A stretch of 63,741 nucleotides of DNA, counting the filler, from Octopus bimaculoides (lineage: Eukaryota): NCBI RefSeq assembly GCF_001194135.2. It is 4 parts of 4 records of this genome, joined end to end, with 100 filler letters (N's around TTAATTAATTAA, not from the genome) between each part and the next. Parts side by side here need not be neighbours in the genome. Positions count along the whole stretch, not along the records: positions 29,976 to 56,181 come from NC_068981.1; 3 more parts are not named here. One strand, given 5' to 3'. The first letter of the stretch is position 1, and each line of letters starts with the position of its first letter. Position numbers and translations under genes: made by a program. The notes beneath the pieces were generated by a model that was given only the letters and a program-made list of their open reading frames with translations, ran no database searches and had not been told where the DNA came from. Shown one piece after another: positions 37,965-51,836 of this stretch.

Positions 37965-38110
37965 TCTCCGAACTTTCCATCTTTCCGACGAAGGGCTACG
38001 CCCGAAACGTCATACACTCTCTCTTTCCTTTCCTGAGCGTCCAATAATACTATCCATATCACGTCCTCACTTTGTTGTTTTTTTGATTTTTTGTTATTGT
38101 GTTTTTGAAC

Positions 38111-38162
<52 letters not shown>

Positions 38163-38228
38163 CATATATATATNNNNNNNNNNNNNNNNNNNNNNNNNNN
38201 NNNNNNNNNNNNNNNNNNNNNNNNNNNN

Positions 38229-38259
<31 letters not shown>

Positions 38260-38418
38260 CGAGTTTTTTTCAGATTCCGCCTACCAAATCCACTCACAAA
38301 GCTTTGTCGGCCTGTGGCTATAGTAGAAGATATTTGCCCAAGGTACCACGCAGTGGGACTGAACCCAGAAACATGATGTAGTTGGGAAGCAAGCTTCTTA
38401 ACACACAGCCACACCTGC
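37700..38418 (-). mobile_element. Composite SINE: A (38418-38258) + interrupted microsatellite + B (37890-37700)
   Basis: Both modules in the same orientation; the middle tract holds an unrelated 37960-38110 insert. Confidence 0.75.
37982..38014 (+). ncRNA. Minimal Penelope-type hammerhead motif, probably impaired
   Basis: CCGACGA-A-GGGC-TAC-GCCC-GAAA-CGTC; core has U4 changed to C, stem III palindrome ACGT, weak stem I. Confidence 0.65.
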
Positions 38419-38501
38419 GTCTATGATATATATATAGAGAGAGAGACAGACAGACAGACAGAGAGACAGACAGACAGAGACAGATAAACAGACGGGCAGG
38501 C

Positions 38502-38546
<45 letters not shown>

Positions 38547-38569
38547 GGCAGGCAGGCAGGCAGACAGAC

Positions 38570-38622
<53 letters not shown>

Positions 38623-38635
38623 TGCATAAAAGTGA

Positions 38636-39240
38636 GGCCGCACCAATACAGTCATCAATATAACGACCGTATAGTTCGAGAGAGGGACCAGTGAATCGTG
38701 AGAATATTTGGGCCTCAACGTAGCCAACGAACAGGTTCGCATTGTTGGGGCCTATTCCCGTTCCCATGGTCACTCCCGATTTTGTTGCTAAAATTCCCCG
38801 TGAACGAAAAGCAGTTGAAGGAGAGAACAAGTTCGGCCAAACGAAGAAGTGTGGCGGTGTCAAGTTGGAGTTGGGTCGAAGGCCTAGGAAGTGTTTGAGT
38901 GCAAGAAGTCCTTCGTTGTGTGGAATCACCTTATATAGACTCTTGATATCAAGACTGAAGAGAAGTTTAGAGGGGCCAGAAGGAAAGGAGAAAGAGTTGA
39001 AGAGACGGAGAAATTGGTTAGCGTCGTGGATGTGGGAGGAGAGGGAAGCCACTAGGAGTTCAAGGACACGGTCGAGGTATTTAGAGATCAATTCCGTGGG
39101 GCAGTTACAGGCGGATACGATGGAGCGACCAGGGTTGTTGGGCTTGTGGAAGGAAATAAATGGTGGGGTGCGTGGAGTGCGGACAATAAGGTTGGAGGTG
39201 GTGAGAGGGAGACGGAAGGAGGAGATGAGGTCATGGATAG
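38636..39240 (-). pseudogene. Penelope-like element reverse transcriptase fragment
   Basis: [60 protein letters not shown] (YIDD at 38662-38651). Confidence 0.9.
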
Positions 39241-39464
39241 TATACATATATTATACATATGAGATTTTTTTTTAATAGTTTCAAAAAACCTGAATTGGGG
39301 ATTCCAGGCTAATTTATTCGCAATGAGTTTCAAAAAAAGTAACACAATCTCCACACTTCCAACATAACGTTGTACTGAGTTGTACAACAAAATATAAACT
39401 GCATAGATAGATAAACAGACGTACAGATTTGTATATTTTATATATAATGATAAATGTCAGTCAA

Positions 39465-39678
39465 TTCTTTTCTACTCTAGGCACAAGGCACGAAATTTTT
39501 GGAGAGGAGGTCAGTCGACTAGATCGACCCAGTACGCAACTGGTACTTAATTTACCAACCACGAAAGAATGAAAGGCAAAGTCGACCTCTGCGGAATTTG
39601 AACTCAGAACGTAAAGACGGACGAAATACCGTTAAGCATTTCACCCGGCGTGCTAACGATTCTGCCAGCTTGTCGTCT
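39465..39678 (-). mobile_element. SINE module D, near full length
   Basis: Reverse complement of 51614-51836. Confidence 0.85.
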
Positions 39679-40649
39679 TTCCTCTTAATAATATTAAAGT
39701 GAATTAGTAATACGACTCTTAAGTAAGTGCTTATTTCCTCTTTTAAATGCATTTTTTGTAATTTGTCATGTAAGAATTTCATTTCATTCATTTCACTATA
39801 AAATTACAAATATATATTTTAAAAGCCGCATATACCTATAGATAAGCTATATGTGTGCCAGTACTTTACTCTGGTGGGGGGACGTGTGTGTGTGTGCCTT
39901 TGTGCGTACATGTTTGTGTATGCACATGTGAGTGCATGTGTGGGGGGGGTGTACATAATTTACTTTTGTTTAATTCTTTGAATTCCCCCTTCTAACAAAG
40001 AGCTCCATCACCGGAATTTGGATAACAAAACATGAGTCCATTTTAGAAGAATCTTGTAATTTTTACTGTTCCACTTGCGGACTGTATCATTAAAATGCAT
40101 ATTCCCAGGTCAACTTTAGTTTCTCAAAAAAAACTCTATCGTTTAGAGATTGTCACTCTGACATTTGCCCGAGTGTACTAAAAATTATAGGTATAAATGT
40201 ACATTTATAATCTAGGGAGAGAAATGATATATTTTAAAGCAGTTAACATAAATACGCCTCATTGATTTTGTATGAAGTTATTGTGATCAATTGCCGGACA
40301 GCTACCTCTGGATTTGTATATAATTTTTTTCAGTATCTCAAGCAACTATATTAGACATTTTCTTTTGTATCTCAAGCAACTATATCAGGCCTGTTATATG
40401 TCGTTTTGTAAGGTAGTACCTTGATAATATATTTGTGCAGCTTCTGATAAGATGTGTAATACCGTCTACAGAAATATCGCAATATCACATAATTTATATT
40501 TTTGTTTGAATCTAAGGGTTTTAAGGATATCTCTTTTGTTCATTGGGTATCTTGTACTTATCTTTTGTTCATGGGCTGCAGAAACGTAGTCTTCTGTCTA
40601 TGACGTGTAATGGTCACAGTCTATGAGAAATCACATTTCTTCTTCACGT

Positions 40650-42520
40650 TGGCATCATCACCTAGTTTACGAGAAACATCCATACAAAAGTTTTTGTGAC
40701 GTGTAGAGAGCATGTTAAGTGATCAAGAACTGAGTATTTCTTGGAATTTAGTACCAACTCGTAAGAGATTGTTCTCTTCATTTGAGTGTTACTATACGAC
40801 ATTCAAAGGTAGCATGCACTGATCCTAAGCTTCTTCTGAAAAAGACCCTGTCAATATCACTTTTTCTGTGGAAGTATCCAATTGACGTCAGGACCTTAAG
40901 GACTTTAACATCTTTGTTTTCCCTCTATAAACAAATCAATTATTCCAAATGTTGTTATTAGTACTGAAACAGAAAATATTTTGTGGGATATTGTCTTGTA
41001 ACTGAAAAGTTCTGACCGCCACAGTTTTTCCAATCTGGTTCAATATTCTTTGGTAGCTCTTACTTCGTTCCCAGCACCTTTGTAAGAGATATTTTTGTCA
41101 ATCCCCAGGTATTTGAAGTATACGTTGTGGAAAAAATAGACCATTGATGTAAAGAGTTGAGGGTCTAGCAAAGAAGTTTTCGGCGTTCAGTTGTCAAATG
41201 TGAGCGTCCCTTTATCAGCTGCAAATGTCACTAAATCTCAGCTGTTTTTCAGCGTTGTATTTCGAACATAGATCTTTAGACCACGCACAAAATTATTGAG
41301 AGGTACGTGAGTATCTTTGGCTGTAGGCCTTAATCTTTTTTGTAAAAGAAATTACATTGGATTTAGTGCCAAGAAGCACAGAATGTATCTTTGGAATATT
41401 CTTTTTGAGATGTAACACCGAAGACAATCGCTCTGTTTTCAGATACTAGCGTGAGGTTTATTGAGCGAGTCGTTGTGAACCTTTCAGTGGTAGCAACTGG
41501 CAAAGCTGGTATATATGTTGAGTACAGTGACTTCAGCATTAACAAGTGGACAATAAAATCGAATGCCTTTCTGTAATTAAACCATACTGTTACAAGGGAT
41601 TTACGATATTTTCTTACATCAAACAATATAGCTTTATTTCTCAAACATTGCTTGCCACATTCCCACACTTTTTTCTTTTTACCCACGTGATCATCAATCA
41701 CTGTTTACTTCGTTCCACAATGGTCTTCAAGGAATTTATTGAGACAGTGTACGTTTAGTTTGTACGTAATGTTTAAGCTATCAATCGGGTTATAGTTTTT
41801 TGTCAAGTTATTTCATTCTTTACTACAAGGTTTGTCCATGCCCTGGCAAGCCGTGGTGTGTCAATCTCTTCCTTAGTTGATTTAAATATAACTTTTAGTA
41901 ACTTTCTATAGTATCCAACTATTAGGCCTCTTTCTGTTACCTTTCCACTATGCAACTTTCTCTGCAACTTTAGTGTAACTTTCAAACGTCGACTATACTA
42001 TAAGTCTTACTACTAATGTCGGTACCCTATTAGCCACGATACGTTCAGGGAAAGAATTTTTCTTTTTTTCTGTTCATATTTCCTCATTTCGGATCTTAAA
42101 CCAAAATCCTTTTGGTGTGAAACCTTTTACAAAGATATTGTTTTTCTTCGAATTCTGGTATCCAGCTCATACATTTGAAACAAACTTGCGATTAATGTTC
42201 ACTTACCAGCGGTTTTTACTCAACTATATGAATTTGTTTTTATTAATGTCCCTTCAATGCTCTATAGATTTTTGTCAATTTTTTCACGAGATGTACTTAG
42301 TGTCCTGTGAAATTACCAATCTTATACTTTATAATATCCGATTCTGCGATGCAGGCTGCTAATGTTTTCATCTGTTGCCCATCTAGTTCTTGTTGCCTAT
42401 GTTCAGTTATTTTATTACCAGGTGTACTGCAGGCATCTCCAAGGTGTTGTTTCTGAGCGATAGCAGCCGTATAGTAGTAGGTATGTATTAACAATCCAAT
42501 ACGTGTTATCACATATTTCA
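40650..42520 (-). pseudogene. Old R4/Dong-like non-LTR RT relic
   Basis: CGKQCLRNKAILFD...WFNYRKAFD (RT domain 3) and a downstream YFKYLG (plus strand AATACCTGGGG at about 41105); many stops; boundaries approximate. Confidence 0.55.
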
Positions 42521-42549
42521 TACAAACTCTACCAAACCGCTAACTTTTT

Positions 42550-43260
42550 ACATCAGAGTGATTTTAGATTTTTTTTCTCCTGCTCACGTAGAAAATGGCC
42601 TATGATTTCATGATAGCTGATTTAATGATAAATTATTTTTTAACTGAAGATTTAAAATGCTTTTAGGCAGCATATATTCCAAAATCATCAATTATATTCC
42701 ATAATCATCGAATCAATTACACAAAGTAATGTATGGGAAGAGTGTGGTGGTGACAAGAGCAAGGGTTTCTTTACATTTTTATCGGTTCTTTTATGGCATC
42801 TTTTAGATATCTTCATAAAATCAACAATTATCACATGAGTTGGAATAACGAACGCTATTTGTGGCAGCCATTTTTTTAACAAAGAAATATGGCTGATATC
42901 GAAGATGTATAGCGATGTAGTGATTTAAGTTTGGATGAGCTTCGTCCAGTAATTTTTTAACTGCTTCAAACAACCGGTAGAAGGATGTTCAAGAGTTTTC
43001 TTTTTTATAGAACAGTAGTAGATCTAATTTAAACGCAAAAACAAAGCTAAATTAGAACTCTGCTTACGTAATCTAAGACAGTTCACAGATTTGGTTGTAC
43101 TTTTAGTATTGATAGTACAACATTTATCAATACCAGTGTCATTGTTATTCATGTCAATCTTAATCATAAAAACGAAAGCCCACGGGTAAAAAGTATATCT
43201 TTGTAATTCATTTTGTATAACGCTAGTTTGGTGAGTAAAAAGTGTTTTCCTTATTCATAA
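42550..43260 (-). pseudogene. Possible pogo/Tigger DDE relic
   Basis: Weak similarity (KWLPQIAFVIPTHV...PLLLSPPH) to the DDE_1 region; very degenerate. Confidence 0.25.
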
Positions 43261-43949
43261 CAGTTTTTAAGTCGACATGCTAATTGTACACGAAAACGTT
43301 CAAACACACATTTCTTATGACCCTCTCTTTCTCTCTCTCCTTCTCTCTCTCTCCTTCTCTCTCTCTCCCTCTCCCTATCTATTTATCTATCTATCTGTTT
43401 CTATCTCTATGTATATATCTATCTCTATGTATATATCTATCTCTATCTCTATCTCGCTCTTTCTGCGCGCGCGCGCGCGTGTGTGTGAACAAAATGACCC
43501 AAAATTTATTGTCCAATTCAGTAACTGTTTCCCGTATTTGAATGATGTTATATTCCAGAATTTTAAGTAATTTCTAAAATCCAAAATGAGTCCATCTGAA
43601 GGGAAATCTTATTACTTTGGCGCAAAATCACACCGTGTGAGGGAAGAACTGTATTTAATTGGTATTTATTATATCGTGCAGTGTTTACTCGTGCATAAGT
43701 CGCACTATCTTATACTTGATGACACTTATTCACGGGGAAAAGCTAAAACTATGAAGGAAGAAAAATGTTGTACCAAGATTTAACACTAAATTAGGGATGC
43801 ACCTCGTACACAAGAGCGTCTTTTATACATGAGTGCATCTTATATTTGAGTGTGACTTGCACACGAGTAAATATATACATTAAGTACAAAAGATACATTT
43901 TATCTACTACTCTATTCTTTGTGAGCCGCATAATCGTTTGTAAGATAGG

Positions 43950-44087
43950 GGAAAACCCTGAAACTAGAACAACGTGAAATGAAGTATTTTGCTCAAGAAC
44001 ACAACGAATCGCCCGATCTAGGAATTGAAACCAGAATCTGACAATCATGGATGCAACACCTCTAACCCCTAAGCCACGCGCCTCCAC
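43950..44087 (-). mobile_element. tRNA-derived CORE-like SINE with a TGTGGAGGCGC head
   Basis: Shares its first 11 nt with module C, but the body is GTTCTTGAGCAAAATACTTCATTTCAC. Confidence 0.7.
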
Positions 44088-46619
44088 AACTCACTTTGTA
44101 ATGAATTCTAATTTCTAACATTTTATTAACTCCCAAATGGATAAAAGACAAAACAGACCCTGATGAAATTCGAACTCAATCCTAACTAAACCCTGTAGTG
44201 TTTTTTTTTTATCCAACTCTTTACTGTGTCTACCACTATTGTTGACCTAATCCATACAAATAATTATTATTTCCAACTTCGGTAGAAGGCCAGGAGATTT
44301 GGAAGCATTGTAATCGATTTAATCGGCCTCGGCACTAGACAGATACTGATTTTATTGACCCCTGGGGTTAGGATGAAAGGAAAAGTCAACTTCAGCAGAA
44401 TTTAAAGAGATGTAACTAAATTGCACAAAGCGTTTTGTGCGATGCTCTACTGGTTCTACTCTCCACCGCCCTGTTCTACATAATAAATGCGAGCTTCTAT
44501 ACAGTCGCTTAATCTATAAGAAATAGCATCCATATAACCTTCAAATGACATCTTATCTCCAAAAATAAGAAAAAACGCATCCGATAATGTCATCATAAAT
44601 AATCTTTAAAAAAGTTGAAATGTTCATATTTGGATCACATTTGATAGTAGAACTGTTCATTCAGAATCCACCTAAAGCCAAACAACAGTGACATAACAAG
44701 AAAGTGAACCAGTAAAGAAATCTCTCCATAGTCGCTTGATAGAAACAGCAGCCTAATCATACTCAGTTTTCACCCTAACGTCATAAAAAAGGGAGGGTGT
44801 ATTGTGTATTGTAGTCATAGATACACTATACCATATCTGGAAGGAAAAAGATGGGAAGACATGTGGCTGGAATGCTTTTTATCAAAGGTTTGTTCGATTG
44901 AGACTGACCGGAGAAGAAACAGAATATGATTCTTATATCAGGAGACCTACAGAATAAAGTTAAGTAAGCCGAAAAACCCAACTTGAAATCCCAGAAAACT
45001 AAACACAAGTGTTCTAAACTCACCAACTTAAACTTGATATAGGTAGGATATAACTAGCACATACATACACAGAATGGAAAAGGAGCTTGATACAAATAGA
45101 GAAAATGGCTAAGTAACGACAGAGAATCTAGAAAAATACATAGAAGTATAAGCCGATTAATATGAGGAAGCATGGTATGAAATATTTTCTTACTATATAA
45201 GGAAACAATAGATTATAAATTTACAAACTAAGTACAATGAAAAACTAAAATACTAACTTAAGGCTGAGTACGAAAAAATGTTCAGATGTTTAGATAACAC
45301 AAGAAAACAGTACGCAAAACAAGTAAAATCAAATCCAAATTACAGAAAAATGATGAGAGCCAATATCAAGCAAAACAAGTCTCTGAACAAAATGCCGAAA
45401 CAAAAGCTGATTTTAGCAGCACCAAACCTACGTCTACCTATCGGATGGTAAAAAAAAAAACCCTATTGAAACAATGGTCAGTGTTGATATATTTAACGTA
45501 GGTGAGAATCAACAAACTAATTGTTAATAGTTATCCAATGAAAAAAAGACAGCAGCTCAGTGGTTAATATAAAATATAGGATAAAATGCTTTGTAATACA
45601 GTTCTGGCTCTCTGTACATGCTCTTTTCGAGGTCGATGAATAAAGTACCAGTCCAGAATGGTTCATTAGCACAATTGTAAGAGGGTTAGACAGAATGCTT
45701 TACAATATTTGTTCCAAATTATTGCGTTCTGAATTCTTGGCTGATAGACTTAGTATGTCTTCTGGTTTAACACCAACTACCTGGTGCTTAGGTACCTTTA
45801 GCGATGTTTACTTTGACACAATAACTGGGACTGGATCTCTGATTTGAGAATAGTTTCCACCCTCTCTCCCTCCACTTCCAGAGACTCTGAAACAAAGAAA
45901 GGGACATGTACACTTCCCTTCTCTCCCTAACTAAACGATAAATAAGATTATTCTGATACTATTTTAATTCTTTACGCAAGGACGAGAAACATCTCTCGAT
46001 ATTTTCCGGTAATGTTAAAGCTTGTCGGTAATGCATAGAGTTTACCGTATTTGATGAAATCGTGAAGATTGAGTCACCATGTAGATATATATAACTTCTC
46101 GTATATGCGCAAAGGACTAAAATAATATTAATTACCAAGACTTTCAAAGCCCTCCTAACATAGATGTTTGTCGCCTTTGATGATCTAATTTGAACAGCTA
46201 AGTCGACGTCTGTATAGGGAGCGTTTACAGAAGATTGAAGTCGTGAAGAGGAAGGCTCAGAAAAATTGGCTTATGTAGCATCTGAAATAGGACAATAGGA
46301 ATGATGAGCGGAAGAGAGATATAGTGCATTGTGTGCATGCTTGGCTGGTAACGGTGTCTAGATTGCTAGTTCAGAAGAGCAAATGTCATTGAAGTAATGG
46401 TAGAAGAGACAGATATGGTGTGTGCGCGTTTGTGTGTGATTGTAGGGACTGTAGTGTATCAATGAGTAAATATTTGTCAATTAGGTGAATGTCATACTTC
46501 TGGACGTAGTCTATGATGTTAATGCGTCCAATATCAACATCATAACAGATGTTTGAGGCAGAAATGTTAGTTTTGCTTTTGTTTTGCAGTTTTTTGGTAT
46601 TGTTACATAAGCAAAACCA

Positions 46620-46860
46620 AAAAAGTCACTTTCGGTCTTAAATTTGATCGCATCCGATTTTTTCCTTTGGGATTATCTTAAAGAAAGAGATTACTTAAAC
46701 AAGCCCCAAAATATTCCCGGGACTGAGGTATAATACTCCCTAAGAAATAAGAGTTATGATTCGTTACGAACTACGAACTGTCACAGAATGTTGCCCGGAA
46801 AGGTTTCGATTCGCAAAGCGAAAACTGGAAAGTATTTGCGAATGTTATATACACAGTAAT
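46620..46860 (+). pseudogene. mariner/Tc1-superfamily transposase C-terminal relic
   Basis: Translation ...LIASDFFLWDYLKERDYLNKP resembles SPDLNPxDFFLWGYLK. Confidence 0.55.
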
Positions 46861-48271
46861 TTCTTAGGTCCAGATATATATTAAAAGGAAATGTCTTTAC
46901 TATTTTCTATCAAAAAGTTACTTTGTATAAGTGAAGTGGACTAAATAGCTTGCGATATTTTGTTACTTTTGTTAACGTATTAACAGCCAATCCACTGTGA
47001 TCTACTTTGCCTTTCTTCCTTCCAGGGTCGATAAAGTACTTGTCAAATACTGGAGTTCGTAAAATCAACTCTTCCGATTCCCCAGATTTGAGGGTTTATG
47101 CCTGTCTAAGAAAATAATCTTATATCAGTGATGTTACCAAGGATTTGAAAAGCTGAGGCCTAATATTTGTAATGATCCAAGATATGAGGGGCAGTTGTTC
47201 ATGTGAAGTAAAGATGTGCTACAGGTTCTATCTCAAACAGCAGGCTTCAGGTTTCGACATCTAATTCATATGTAATATCGTCGAGCATATTACATATTGA
47301 CTATAAGCATTCCACTCATGATCGTACTTTACACTGAATTTACCCATATGCGGTCCTTCCTGACAGTAAGGTCCAATTTGAAGATCTAGAGATTTGAACG
47401 AGATATCTAACAGACGACCGACTTCCACCTTTTACAGTACGATGTTTATAAGATAGAAACCTGACGGCGCCTCTTGTTTTAGAACAGAGATAATTCTTCG
47501 GGTTGTTCTTACGATTATTGCTGTTGTTACTGTTGCTGCTACTGCTTCTAGTTGGTACTGGGTAAGAAAATCAAACGGACCTACAGTCTAAGGCGTCCCA
47601 GCCATAGTCATCGCCTCATATTTTCATACAACATATATTCTGTGCTAGACAACAATATCCAATGAGCGTTCTTCCTTTTTATTCAACAGTGGTAAAGTGT
47701 CATCTGTGGTGAATTTGACTGTTATTAATTAATAAAAATATGGAACTCTGACATCCTGGAGTCTGGTTGCTAAAATGTTCCATGTATGTGCGAATTTATA
47801 CGTGAGTGTAAATGTGTCTGCGCTCGTGTGAGTGTATGTATCAATACATGTATATATATGTATGTGCTAAATGCAAACACACACACACACATACGTAGGT
47901 GTCCAACAAAGAGAATGAGTGCTCAACGCCGCATTGGTGGATAAACATTCTTTATTTATGCATTAAGGCCTTAATACACAAATAAAGTGTGTATCTGGGG
48001 TGGTTGTATGTGTGTATATATATATATATATNNNNNNNNNNNNNNNNNNNNNNNNNNNNNNNNNNNNNNNNNNNNNNNNNNNNNNNNNNNNNNNNNNNNN
48101 NNNNNNNNNNNNNNNNNNNNNNNNNNNNNNNNNNNNNNNNNNNNNNNNNNNNNNNNNNNNNNNNNNNNNNNNNNNNNNNNNNNNNNNNNNNNNNNNNNNN
48201 NNNNNNNATACATACATATACACCCACACACATATACATACATATGTGCATGCACACATACATATACTTGA

Positions 48272-48321
<50 letters not shown>

Positions 48322-48820
48322 ATGTGGTTATGAGTGTTTGTGCGCGTGTGTGTGTGTAAATTTAAGATTTTCTAGTGACCTCAACATCAATTAATTTCAT
48401 GTTATTATTGCTAAGACGCTATGCCATTCTCCAAACGTTTTCTTTACAAAATATTTTTTCTCTCCTTGATTCCCGCCTTAAATAGTGATCGTTCCTCCCC
48501 CCACTGCCCCACTTTCCCCCTCTTACTCCCTTCATTTCCACCTCTTATGCTTCTCATACTCATCATAGTTTTCTGTTCCACCGCTTCCCATTTCAACAAC
48601 TCTCTGCTAATCGCCTACAGTAGAAGCATTGAGCATTTAAAGCGACGCCATTATAACAACGGAATTCCCTCCGGCTTTGCTCTATGTTACACAAGAGGCC
48701 AATTGATTTGCACATCATTTGATGGTGATCAGATGAATCATGAAAAGTATAACATAACGACGGTGACAGTAACGGTGGCGGTGATGACGACGGCAACGAC
48801 ACGACGACCACGACGACGAC

Positions 48821-48851
<31 letters not shown>

Positions 48852-49274
48852 TCAGTAGTGGTGGTGGTAGTGATGGTGGTGGAGGTGACAGTAGTTATTT
48901 TGCTGATAGTAGCGCCGATGGCGGTGGTGGTAGCAGCGGTGGTAGTGGTGATGGTAGTTGTGATAGTGGTATCTAATGTGGTCTCTGTGATGACGATGGT
49001 GGTGGATGCGGCTGCAGTGGTGCGATAGAGGTGGTGATAGTGGTGGTATTGGAAGCGGTGGTTGTCATCGTAGCCGTAGTACCGGCAGTTGTTGTTGTTG
49101 TTAATGATGATGATGATTGATGGTGTGGTGGTGTGTTGGTGGTGGTGGTTGTGGTGGTGGTGGCGGTTTATATTTTCGTTGTGCTGAAGCTAATGCTTAT
49201 CATTGTGATTGCTAAGATCTAGAAATGATGGTCGTAATGGTGCAAGATGGCTGGTAGTGGTGGCGATGGTAGTG

Positions 49275-49320
<46 letters not shown>

Positions 49321-49338
49321 CAGCAGCAGCAGCAGTTG

Positions 49339-49383
<45 letters not shown>

Positions 49384-49860
49384 ACGCCACCGTTGTTGTT
49401 GTTGTCTCTGTAAGGTGAATGGGTGGGGAAAACGATCACTATTTAAGGCGGGAAATCAAGGAGATAAAAAAACGCATTTTGTAAGGAAAACGTTTGGAGA
49501 ATGACATGGCGACGTAGTAATACTTACATGAAAACTAATCAATGTTGAGGTCGCTTGAACTTCCTTTATTTACTCTTTGTCGTCTTTTATCTTTTACTGG
49601 TTTCAGTCGTCAGACTGCAGCCTTGCTGGGACACCGCCCTGAAGAATTTTAAGCCGAGCGAATCGATCCCAGTGCCTTTTGTTTTGTTTTGGGTACTTTA
49701 TGGTTATCCCACTCCCATTAAAAAATTGTGTATATCTTCCCACTCCCCGTAATATGAAAAATATCGGTGCTTTTGGTCATCTCCCCAACCTGAAAAAATG
49801 TTTAACCCTCAATAAAACAAAAAAGAAATGGAAAAATCAATAAAAATGAAAACTGGAAAA

Positions 49861-50026
49861 ATTAATAAACAGAAAAACTAAAAAGAAAATTAATAAACAA
49901 GAAAACTAAAACAAAATTAATAAACAGGAAAACTAAAACACATTAATAAACAAGAAAACTAAAACAAAATTAATAAACAGGAAAACTAAAACACATTAAT
50001 AAACAAGAAAACTGAAAAAATTAATC
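49861..50026. repeat. 26-28-bp tandem repeat (about 6.5 units) with alternating 27/26-bp variants
   Basis: ATTAATAAAC starts at 49861, 49889, 49916, 49942, 49969, 49995. Confidence 0.9.
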
Positions 50027-51613
50027 ATCTTATTGAATCTAATAACATTTTTATAACAAATCATACCCTGCCTATTGAGGAGGCCAAACGTCAACAATGT
50101 GTTGAAGTATTGAATCNNNNNNNNNNNNNNNNNNNNNNNNNNNNNNNNNNNNNNNNNNNNNNNNNNNNNNNNNNNNNNNNNNNNNNNNNNNNNNNNNNNN
50201 NNNNNNNNNNNNNNNNNNNNNNNNNNNNNNNNNNNNNNNNNNNNNNNNNNNNNNNNNNNNNNNNNNNNNNNNNNNNNNNNNNNNNNNNNNNNNNNNNNNN
50301 NNNNNNNNNNNNNNNNNNNNNNNNNNNNNNNNNNNNNNNNNNNNNNNNNNNNNNNNNNNNNNNNNNNNNNNNNNNNNNNNNNNNNNNNNNNNNNNNNNNN
50401 NNNNNNNNNNNNNNNNNNNNNNNNNNNNNNNNNNNNNNNNNNNNNNNNNNNNNNNNNNNNNNNNNNNNNNNNNNNNNNNNNNNNNNNNNNNNNNNNNNNN
50501 NNNNNNNNNNNNNNNNNNNNNNNNNNNNNNNNNNNNNNNNNNNNNNNNNNNNNNNNNNNNNNNNNNNNNNNNNNNNNNNNNNNNNNNNNNNNNNNNNNNN
50601 NNNNNNNNNNNNNNNNNNNNNNNNNNNNNNNNNNNNNNNNNNNNNNNNNNNNNNNNNNNNNNNNNNNNNNNNNNNNNNNNNNNNNNNNNNNNNNNNNNNN
50701 NNNNNNNNNNNNNNNNNNNNNNNNNNNNNNNNNNNNNNNNNNNNNNNNNNNNNNNNNNNNNNNNNNNNNNNNNNNNNNNNNNNNNNNNNNNNNNNNNNNN
50801 NNNNNNNNNNNNNNNNNNNNNNNNNNNNNNNNNNNNNNNNNNNNNNNNNNNNNNNNNNNNNNNNNNNNNNNNNNNNNNNNNNNNNNNNNNNNNNNNNNNN
50901 NNNNNNNNNNNNNNNNNNNNNNNNNNNNNNNNNNNNNNNNNNNNNNNNNNNNNNATGTTGCAGTAGAGACAACATGTTCTTTGTCTATCTCCTTAACTTG
51001 GAGATTTTAGGTATTATTATACTAATGTGTTCATCTGTTCTAATTTAATTAAATTTTATGTCTTTGTGCAGCTGAGGATTGCTCTGCATTTTAAATTGAT
51101 GTAATGATTACATTGTTCAATTAAATGAAGTTGCATGAAACGATCGTACTGTATTACCTCTGGATATCCTTGTTGCTTATTTTGATTTTAATCACCTTAC
51201 TTTGAAATTGTATGGATAATACCGTACTAAATTCTGATGCCTCAACTTAAGTACCATAAGACGCTTAGCCCTATGGACGACTCAAGTCTGACGAGTGGTT
51301 ATGGTGGTGGTGGTAGTGGTGGTGGTGGTGATTATGGTAGTGATGATGAGAACAATGAAGCTAGCGATGCTGATGTTTTCTCTATTATTATTGTTGTTGT
51401 TGCTGATCAAGCAAACCTATGTTTAAAATGGATTTAACTGTGACCATCACATCTTTTTTTCTATATCCATAACTATCATAATTATGAAATGTGTGTGGGT
51501 GTGTGTGTGTGTGTGTGTGTTTTAAGGCTAGTAGGCTGTGATTTGATGAGACTTGGCTATTTCTAGTAGACTGAATGTTATTGTTTTGTAGTGTACAGAA
51601 CCGTCAGAATGCA

Positions 51614-51836
51614 TAAGGCGGCGAGTTGATAGAATTGTTAGCACACCGGCCGAAATGCTTAACGGTGTTTCGTCTGTCTTTACGTTCTGAGTTCAAATTC
51701 CGCCGAGGTCGACTTTGCCGTTCATCCTTTTGGGGTCGATAAATTAAGTAACAGTTGCGTACTGGAGTCGATTTAATTGACTGGCCCCCCCTCCCCCAAA
51801 ATTTCGGGCCTTGCGCCTAGAGTAGCAAAGAATATT
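51614..51836 (+). mobile_element. SINE module D, full length
   Basis: TAAGGCGGCGAG head, GAGTTCAAATTCC B-box-like motif, central GTCGACTTTGCC.TTCATCCTTT.GGGGTCGATAAA domain. Confidence 0.85.

Noticed and set aside
44820-45460. Possible LINE endonuclease relic (MILISGDLQNKV)
   Set aside because: Too degenerate to support a call.
47220-47500. Moderately GC-rich, exon-like stretch
   Set aside because: Stops in all frames; looks like a decayed repeat.
49600-49622. CTGACGA-CT-GAAAC on the minus strand
   Set aside because: No room for stem II; it is a variant of the SINE-B 3' end.
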